From assembly GCF_009914755.1 (NCBI RefSeq), contig NC_060940.1: a stretch of DNA of 64,000 bases. One strand, given 5' to 3'. Made by a program: the position numbers and the translations under genes. Positions 55,103 through 64,000 of the stretch are shown in pieces; the stretch's first letter is position 1; each line of letters starts with the position of its first letter. The notes beneath the pieces were generated by a model. That model had not been told where the DNA came from, did not search any database, and worked only from the letters and a program-made list of their open reading frames with translations. The stretch comes from the human T2T-CHM13v2.0 reference genome, Homo sapiens.

Positions 55103-58100
55103 CATACACACCATGACAACTTTTATTGCCCTCAAGAGAAACTCCAGTCCACCTGCTCCACCCACCCTCCTGCGGGACCAAAGAAAACACCCAGAGGGCA
55201 AAACAAAAAAGGGCTCAAACCAACAGGAAGTCAGCCCCACCGCAAGCCAAACTACAACTAACTCGTGTCCTCCACGCTCAGGCGTGGAAGCCAGGGCTGT
55301 GCCAGGCCTGGCCAGGCCAAGCAGGATAACAGCAAATGCATTCTGAACGTGTAGCAATCAGGTACCCTGTAATGTGCTTGGAGAGTGTGGACAAGGGCCA
55401 AGATGACGAGCTATGAGCTGTGGAAGGGAATGGGGGAAGTGAAGGGCACAAACAGAAGTACTGGAGGGAGAGGCTGGGCTCTCAGGAAGCAGCAGGCACG
55501 TGCCAGGTGGAAGCCAGCTGCAGGCCAGGGAGGAAGGAGGCCCTTACTCTTTCTTCTTGTCCATGGGACCAACTACTGTAGCCTGGAAAGGGACAGAAAT
55601 CCCACAGCAGTAGGTTGGCCAGGTCCACTCCTCCCCTGCCATCTCCAGCCCCCTGCCCCAGAGGTCCAGCTCGGTTCCCCTCTCTCCTAATGAGAGCTAT
55701 TCAAGTGAGCAAGGGGCCCCCTCCCCGGCTACACCCAAAGGCCTGCCAGGGTAGGAGCATCAGCCCTGGCCCACGCTCTAAGGAAAGCCCTGGACCTAAC
55801 GCCAGCCAGGGAGGACTGCCAGGACCTCACTGGGGGCTGAGTCCTGGCTGCAGGGAACAGCAAGGTATCCAGTACCCTTCAAGACCTGATCAGGCCCTTC
55901 CCAACTCTGCACACCTTTGACAGGTGCCCTCGAAGCCCAAGTCCCGTCTGCCAAGCCTGCCCTATACAGAGGGCATGGGTGCCCTCTTTGAGGCTGGACC
56001 CTTCCTCCCCACCTGCTGTGGTGCCCAAACTTGGGCCACCAAGCACTGAGGCCAGCTGTCCAAAGTTAGGAGTATTTATGTGGCCCTCACTCCCAACGTC
56101 AAGACCGCCTGGCTTCCAAATGTGGCCTGGTGCACCCAAGCTAGTCTGAGGACTTGGATCAGGCCTAGGGCAGCAGGTGATGGCCACAACTAGTGCCTGC
56201 TAGGGGAGGTGCCTTTTTGACACCTTGTGCCCTTACTTGCCCAGGGATCTTTGCCCTATGTCACCCCCCAGCACTCTAGGAAAGAAGGCCAGCAGTGGGT
56301 CCCAGAGTTTCACCTGCTTCTTTGTTCTTGACTGGGCCCCAAACCATGGAATGAGCCTGAGCACGAAGATAGGAAGGCTTAGAGCCTAGTGAGCCAGTGC
56401 CACTCCTGAGGGCTGCCTCGGCAAGTGTCTACATCTGCTGCCAGGCCACCCCTCTCCTGCCCGGTGAATGGTCCCACTCGGTAGGGCAGAGGTGGCCAGG
56501 GGGAGTGGGGGAGAGGGCAGCCGGCCCCTGGGCCCCTGGAAGGTTCCCTCCGCACCCGCAGGGGCTGCCTCATCCTGCTCTGCTTTCCTGCCCTGGGCGC
56601 AGCGATACGTGAGGGCTGACCTGCAGCTTTGCGTGCTCCTACTGCAAGCGGTCGTACTCCTTGGTGAGGCCCTCAGACTGCTTCTGCATGGCCAGAACCT
56701 GGTTTTCAGCTTTCTCTAGTTCTTGAAATGATGTAAATGACCAAGAAAACAGAAATGAAAAGACAGGAATCGGGGGTAAAAACCCAGCTTCTACAGACAC
56801 CAGAAACTGGCCCAAATCTATCTCAAACGAGGTTATACAGGAGCCTACTTCTCAAAATAAAACCGCTCTGCTTTTGCAGGCCCCCAAAGTAGAGGGAAAG
56901 GCTGACAAAAAAGCTCAAGATAAAGCAAAAGAAATACAGAGGACATCCCCCAGTCCCTTTAATGGAGGGGAACTCTAGTGGCTCTCGGCAAGGGTAACCT
57001 CCAGGGAGGCTGAGAGTGGGAGACAGGGAACAAGATCCCAGCCTGAAAGCGAGACCCAATGACAACCATGCCTTGCAGACAGCAGCAGCAGGCGAGGCCT
57101 GTGGTATTGTGGGAAAACGCCCCAGACTTAAGTCTATGCATGGGAGACCAAAGACAGGCAGGCCGCCTGGGAGCTGCCCACTCCGCTCCTGAACACCACT
57201 CCCACACTCCCCTCATTCTAAGCCCCCAGGCAGGCTGGGGCTACCGTGCCACACTCTGGATGGGAAAGCCCCAGCGTGCACTGCTCTAGCGCAGGGCAAT
57301 CGAGTCCCACCAACTGCAGCCTGGTTCCTCCTGAGCCCCATTCAAACCACTTAGTCTCACTGGCCTGCCGGCTAAGCATGGCTGCATTGGGGTTGGAGGC
57401 ATAGGGTGCTATTTGTTTGTTTTCACACAGCCCTCGAGCATGCGTGCAAGGCTTGTTACTAGTACTTTGGCACAAAATGGGCAGCAGCGGGCAGAGGACG
57501 CTCCTCTGGACTTCCCTGCGGGGAAGGACATGAGGTCAAGCCTCACTTTGCTTAGTGCTGGCCAGCTCATCCTTTAGCTTCTGCAGCTCAGCCTTCAGGC
57601 TCCTGTTCTCTTCCTCCAACTTCACCTCAGCATTCCCGACATCCAACTTGCCTCCGTCAACAGCAGCTCACTGGGAAAAGTGCCAAAGGTCAGGGTTACT
57701 CAGGAGGGAGGGAGGGAGAGGTTCCAGCCCCATCCTCCCCACCAAGCTGCGGTTCCTCAAGCTGCCCTGGCCACTCGCCCCTTCGGAAATGTCAACGCGG
57801 AACAGAGCCACCACTTGCTCCCAGCTCTTAGGCAAAGGCCAGGGCGTGGCTGCCCGCCAAGGGGAAGAGAAGCGCCAGTGGGGCCACCTGCTGCAGCTCG
57901 CCGGGCACGCCTTGCCTGCCCTGGCCCCTGGCCCTGCCTCCTTCCCGAGCAGCAGGGCTCAGCAGCTCCATGGTGCTCACCAACCCCTCCGCGGATGGCG
58001 GTGCCTTGTGCTCTCTACACGGTGCCACTCACTGCAGTCAGGGGCCCCCAGTCGGCCTGGCCAGCTCTATCCCACCTCTGCATCCACATCCCTCCGAGCT

Positions 58101-58689
58101 TGCCTTGCAGCTCACCTCCTGACAGGACTTCTAAGACTGGCCAACTACCCTGGCCCCACCTCCTCTCCAGCACTGAGGGATGCCACAGACCCCGAGTTCC
58201 AGAGGGGGTGCGGCAATCTTGCAGGGAACAATGGCCTAGCTGAGGGCTTTCGGTTCACAGCAGAGGGCCTGGCTCACTGAGGGGCCATTTTTCTCAGGGA
58301 AGGGTCTGACTGGAAGCAATGGATGGAAACGTGAGCAGCAACACCCTCCTCCTCACCAGGACCCCCACACACAGACGTCTCCAGCAGGCATACTCTCCCC
58401 ACTGAGGACTTCCCCTCTGTGCCTCCACCCAACTCTGGCTTTTCAGGCACATTTCCCAGGGTGATAGGCTAGCAGTGGCCACTGAGGCCCTAAAGAATAT
58501 GGCTCCTGCAGTATAACACCAGGACGCCCCATGGTGGGTCGAGAAACTGGACTCACCTTCTTGAGCTGGTCATTCTCCGTGTACTTCTTGGCCGCCTCAC
58601 TAGCACTCTCCATCTGCTTTTTAAAGGCTTCATTGGAGGCCAACAGTGTGGCCTGCTGCAAGATGAGAGTCACCAGGCATCTAAGCAGG
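55103..58689 (-). pseudogene. BCAP31P1: BCAP31 unprocessed duplicate, last four exons; the upstream intron runs toward the right edge
   Basis: Exons 58557-58689 (LVTLILQQATLLASNEAFKKQMESASEAAKKY...DQLKK; acceptor reads CG, not AG), 57547-57670 (begins with TGA at 57668-57670, then AAVDGGKLDVGNAEVKLEEENRSLK...), 56621-56721 (LEKAENQVLAMQKQSEGLTKEYDRLQ*, TAG at 56639-56641) and 55544-55582 (ATVVGPMDKKKE*). AATAAA at 55122-55127. P1 versus P2 is uncertain. Confidence 0.92.
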
Positions 58690-59079
58690 CGTGATTATTT
58701 ACAAAAAGAAGGGAGAAGTGAGAAAAAGTGCATGAAGGGCTGGCAGGAGCACCTCCTGGTTGCTGCCACTCAACACCTGGCTCCAGCCTGGACCTGCCCT
58801 CTTGCCAAGGCAGCTGAGCGAGAAGCCGCCAACCTGGTGCTGGCAGCGTGAGGGAAAAGGTGGAGCCCAGGAGCTGTCCTCTGCCGCTGTGCCCAACGGC
58901 CACCCTCAGCTCTGGGAGGGGCTGGAAGCAGGAGCCTGGGGGCTGGGAAGAGCCTCGATACAGCATGAGGTCCCGGAACGTGGCACTTTCCGGGTCGGGG
59001 CCTAGACGTGCCAGACAAGCCACAGCACCACCTTCCTCCCCTCAAGGCTGGGCTTGCCTTGGTAAGGTAACGAGAGAAG

Positions 59080-59285
59080 CTAATTAATCTGAGCACTTCC
59101 AACATGCCAGGCCGCATCCTCACATCTACCTGATGAGGAAGTTACTATCACTGCCCCAGCTTATAGAGAAGGAAACTGAAGTTCAGCAGCGTAAATCAAT
59201 GTACCCAAGGCCAAAAACCAGAAACGGACATGGCTGGAATTCCAAATTATGTCTGCCTGACTCCAGAACCTGAGCTTGGAACCAC
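59080..59285. mobile_element. MIR remnant
   Basis: CCCCAGCTTATAGAGAAGGAAACTGAAGTTCAG...GTCTGCCTGACTCCAGAACC resembles the MIR core. Confidence 0.65.
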
Positions 59286-61179
59286 TCTACTCTCTAAACT
59301 AACAGGGAACGGCTCCCAGGTCCCAACATAAGATAGAACTCTCTTCTCTGGCCAGCCTCCTTCCCAACCTGTCATTCAGGCTGCACTGGAACACATCCGT
59401 TATGTAACAGCACCCCAAACGAGGTCTTCTTGGGCTGGAGGGTGTACAGGAATCAGGACACAGGCACACGCTGCCTATCTGAAGAAGCCAGGAGAGACAG
59501 GCAAACACGTGGCAGCTGGAGGCAGATGCTAGTCCCCAAACAGAGATTGGAATGGCCACTTCATTTCCCTTGGTTCACCCTTGCCCCGAGATGTTAGCTG
59601 GCAGGAAGAGAGGAGGGAAGGACTTGTTCAAACAGTCAAAACAAGGTAGGGGTTCCTTTCTCACACACCTCAGAAGGCAAGGGTCACACAGGGCCTGGGG
59701 GAAGGAAGAGACAAATCTGCTTAGTCCAGGGTGCTTCAACAACAGCTTACTCAGAAGAGTCGAAGTGGCCTCCTGCCCCAGCCAGGCCTTCACACTTCGC
59801 AGCCTCTGCTCATGGCCAGGGGCAGCCCGGAAGGGCTGGAGAAAGTAGAGAGCAGACAAGGTGAGCTACCTCCCTGGCCCAAGCCATGGCTGTCCAGGGC
59901 CTCGGAAGAGCCCCTTTCGAGATGTACTCAGGACAGAAAGTACCCACCCAGGCCAGGAGACACCCCTGAGGTTCCCGGTTTGGGGAGAGGCTCCCAGGGG
60001 CCCCTGGCATCACCAGAAGAGCCAGGCCATTGATTCCTGGCAGAGAAGGAGAGTTTCCAGTGACATGTGCTTTCTAAAATTAGTGGCCCAGGACCTCGTG
60101 GCCTAGGGCTCAAGTTTCCCTGCCTCAACCCCCAGCTGCCGACCGGCCTGCCCCTGACTGGGCTACAGCCTGAAGGTGGAGGAAGCTACTGAGCGCCCTA
60201 GGAGCCAGAGAGAAAGAACGCATCTGACTCACATCGGCATGGCCAGAAGTCACTGGAGAGGCCTAGAAAGAAAGGCAAGTCTGACTAAGACCCAACCCCC
60301 GGCAAGGAGCTGCCCAGCCCCAGAGCAGATCCCAGTGATGTAGAGAGGAAGAGGACCGCTACTCCTAACTGGAATTGAGGGGTGGGGGTCATGCCACCTG
60401 GTGGTAGAGAGAGGACCAAGCAAGACTGAAGGCTATAATCCCCGCCACCAGGCCAGGCAAGCGGCTGCTGGTGAGTGCCCATGGCTGTCACCCCAGTACC
60501 CAGGGAAATAGCTAACACAAATGCTTCCATGGCAGTGCAGCAGAGGCCCAGCTCTTTTCGGACCGTTCCAGGCCTTTCCCGGCTATTGAGAACCAGGGCT
60601 TCCAAGATACGCCAGGGCATACACAAAGTCCAGCACAAGATCCACGCCGTGTCTGTCCGAAAGCCTGACCCTGCTCAGCCCCAGCCCAGGCCTTTAGTTC
60701 CCAGCCTTCAGACAGTCTGGGGCTCCCCTCTGCCAGGCCCTGGTTCCCCTTCCTCTTGCCAACCCTCAGAGGTGCTCCCCACCCCCACAGCACCCTAGGC
60801 ATACTCCTCCCACTGCACCCCCAGCCTGATAGTTCTTTTTCACACCTTCTAGGTCCTCTCTCTTCCTGCTGGATGACCCGGGATCATTCTCCCCCCAGGA
60901 ACCTCACCTTCAACTGCTTCCTTCCTGGAGTCACCCTGCCCAAGCCCCTGGTCTTTTCCCTCACATGTATTCCTCAATCTAGGCTGGCCAAAGCCTGCCC
61001 TTCCAAGCCAGTAGCAGGGCCACCAGTGGCCTCCTAACCACCCAGGCAGGCGGTTACCCTGAGCTCCTTGCTCTGCTGCTAAGTTACCCTCCTGAGGTCC
61101 CCTCACAACACCCTCCTCCCACTGTTATTCTGCTCCCTCTGGGATCTGCACTCTTCAGCTGACACCCTATACCTTCTTC

Positions 61180-61930
61180 CCAGCCACTCTTATCCCTGAA
61201 AGGGTTTTCTCTGCGGCCCAGACTCACACCTAACCTCCTGCTAAACATTGGCTCCTGGATGTCCCCAGAGACATTCTAGACTCAGCTTGTCCAAAATGGG
61301 CCTTCCCTTGTCCTGCCTGACCTGACCACCTCGTGTAGCCCCTGCTGTAGTCGTGGGCAGGCAAACCACCTTAGACTCGGCCCTCTTGGCCCCCTAGCCC
61401 AGGCCGCAACCCAGCGCTTTCCATGTCAACTGCAAACATACCCGCCATCATCCCCACTGCTGGCGCCTCCTCCCTATCTGCCACCATACGGCTTTCCCAT
61501 CCACCTCCCAGAGCAAGGCAAATCCGACCACGTCAGCCCTCTGCTTAAGCCACCTGCTGCCAGCACGCATGCCCTCAGTGAGCTCTCCTCCCTCACTAAC
61601 CACGTGGCCCCCTTCTCTAGTAACACCTAACCCCTCACCATTCCTGGAACACACCTGGTTCTGTGTGGCAGTCCTCCAGGCCGGAATGTCCTCTCGACCC
61701 AGCTCAATCCTCACCTCCCCCCCAGAAACCCTTTCAGATCTCCCACCCCATCAGAGGGACGCCTTCTGGGGGCTCCTGCAGCAGCCCCCTAGGCACCTGC
61801 ATGTAACTACCTCATTCTCGGTTCTCTGCGTGGCTGCCATCCATTTATATGGCTCCCCTACCAGGCTATGAAGGTCTTTAGTCTGGGCACTGTGCCTTCA
61901 TCTCTGCACTCCCATACCTGGCACACTGAA
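61180..61930 (+). mobile_element. LINE-2 remnant
   Basis: Degenerate L2 3' region ending TTCATCTCTGCACTCCCATACCTGGCACAC. Confidence 0.55.
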
Positions 61931-64000
61931 AAGGGGTCTTGCGCCCACTCCAGCAAGTATAGCTAAAAAAAGGGGGGCGGGGGGCGGGACTGGGCTTCCA
62001 GATGACCAGATCCCACTCCCAGGAGAGGAAGTGCTCCCTGATAGGTGAGGGGACAGATTTGAGGCTGCATGTAAGGCTGGACAGAATCTCCCTGGGCCTA
62101 GATTGCACCTGTGTTCACCTGGGAGCCTGGCACCAAGAGTGGCAGAGACAGACACAGAGCTGCTCAGTCTAGCAACAGAGGAGACAGAAGACAGGGGTGG
62201 GAAGGCGCCATCTCAGACCCGTGCTGATGGGCAAGCCAGGCTCATGGCTGCAGGGAGAAAAAACATTCAATGCCACGACCTGAAGGCACAACCCAGAGCT
62301 CCAGCCTCTGCATCCTCACACCCTCAGCCCCCACCCAGGGCCCAAGCAATGCAGACCAGGTCCTCTCTGATCACTGGCATTTTTCAGCCTGGGAGCCAGC
62401 CTTCTAGAACATTTTCCTGCTCCCTCACATTGGGTCACTCAGGCACATTAACTTGCGCTTCTGTCTGTTCCCTTGTAGCTTCCCAGGCCCCCAGGACAGG
62501 GCACAGAACATGGTCTTTAGCTTCTGCCTCTGCTGGATCTCCCAAGTAATCTTACCCGAATCACTGTTCTTAGCTATTCATTTCCAGAAAACAGGAAAGA
62601 ACCTACGAGGCAAAGGCATCTCCTACAGATACAGGGTGGTCACCAATAGAATGGCCTGGGGTCCAAAAAAAGGCCAGTGAATGAAACTTAACAGAATCCA
62701 GATGTGGCCTTGGCAGACACACGGCAGCCCCAAATGCCTCAGTCTGACTGGGCTTCCTTGATAGAATGTTGTTGGACACTGAGCGGGGCTGTCGTGCTTT
62801 TATAAAGGGTTGAGTAAACCAGAGAAGACAGGAGAAACAGATCCTCTCCACAGACTCTAGAGAAACAGGGCCAACCATATCAAGTGGGGAGAGCCACGGC
62901 TCATAAGCACTTTTCGGCAGCCCTGTCTTCCCCCATGAGCAAGGGGAAGAGGACATGGGCTTAATAGGAAATGGGGAAGAAGCAAGTCCCGACCAAAAGA
63001 TTCCATGCTGTGGCCACCCTCGGCCCGCCCTGCTGACCTGACAGGTTTCAGGTGAGTCAAGTCATTCAACCCCCAGCCCCTGTATATACATGGCGTTCAC
63101 ACAAGCTCACTCCTCTGCCCCCAGCCAGCAGAAAGCTGGTGTCCCAGCGCCACCTGCTGACTTTCCAGGCCTACCGCAGGGTGGCCAGTGGACTCTGCGT
63201 GAACATGCCCCAACTGTGGAAGAAAAAAATGAGGCAGCGCCCAGGCAAGGAAGCAAGTCAGGTGATGCCTCAGGAAGGCTTCAGTGAAGAATGACTAACA
63301 CCAGGGCTTCTACTGCCCTGAGCGACTCTTACCCACAAGTCTGGAATCAGGAAAACAGGTTACAACTGGGAGAGTCACCTAGAGCAGACCCGAGAAGGCT
63401 GCCCCAAAGGGCTGCCCCAAGTCCATTTTGGTACAGCTGCGTTGCCTTCCTTGTAGCCTCCCAGCACACAGACACTGGAGAAGATGGGAAGAGGAGGGCT
63501 AGAGCTGGGGGAAATGGAGGCCGTTTCAAATGAGAACATGCCTTGTGGCAGCTCCAGCCCACGACCCAGATGGAGCTCGCCCATCCTGAGGACAGTGCAG
63601 TAAGCACAGGGCAAAGGGGCAGGTGTAGGTCTCGCCTGTCCTCCCTTCTTCTTGAGAACAAGTGACAGACCAGCTGGGTTTCTGGGGTTTTGCTGTGTAT
63701 CTTTTTTAAAACCAGCTATCTGAGCGGTTTGGGGTAAGCTGGAGGGTAGAGAGCAACCGAGTGAGGTAAGACAACTTAGGCAAAGGTAGTCTGTGATTAG
63801 ATGACTCAACCTAAAAAAGAAGAAAAAGCAGCTCAGCAGAGAAGCACGGGCAGCTCCATCTGGGCTAATGACAGCGATGGGATTCTACCCTGGAGGGGTA
63901 AGGAGGAAACAAAAGATGCCTGTGGATCAAGTTCAGATCAGCAAAAATTCAGGGGGCTTCCACACAAACAGGGGCCCTCCTGTGACTGGCTGCTAACCAG

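Noticed and set aside
57555-58280. 241-aa plus-strand ORF
   Set aside because: Antisense shadow of a BCAP31 exon plus GC-rich intron; no recognisable domain or ATG start.
58700-64000. Further BCAP31 exons or another gene
   Set aside because: No recognisable coding exon; consistent with a long intron containing MIR/L2 remnants.

Overview
Human (primate) genomic DNA with the hallmarks of a pericentromeric segmental-duplication mosaic, most consistent with 16p11.2. I found no intact protein-coding gene. Three duplicated blocks of different origin abut. (1) ~1-12,270 is a GC-rich, intron-containing, 5'-truncated copy of ARHGAP23 on the minus strand, with 7 exons and a PH-domain frameshift. (2) ~12,280-40,915 is an AT-rich, L1/Alu-laden immunoglobulin heavy-chain V 'orphon' block. 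It holds four minus-strand V pseudogenes (IGHV3-15-like, clan II, IGHV3-16-like, clan III), their RSSs and octamer promoters, a 1.2-kb 21-mer VNTR and a tandem array of CTCF-like motifs. (3) ~40,915-64,000 is an Xq28-derived block with a full 13-exon creatine-transporter (SLC6A8) pseudogene and CpG island on +, convergent with the last four exons of a BCAP31 pseudogene on -. The most interesting untested observations are an IGHV promoter/leader exon sitting in frame upstream of the promoterless ARHGAP23 fragment, a candidate 28-nt ATG-terminated or poison exon with a motif cluster in an ARHGAP23 intron, and the CTCF-motif array. I see no evidence for a wholly new biological system. Copy-specific gene symbols are tentative because near-identical paralogous copies exist. 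Parent-gene comparisons are from recall, not alignment.
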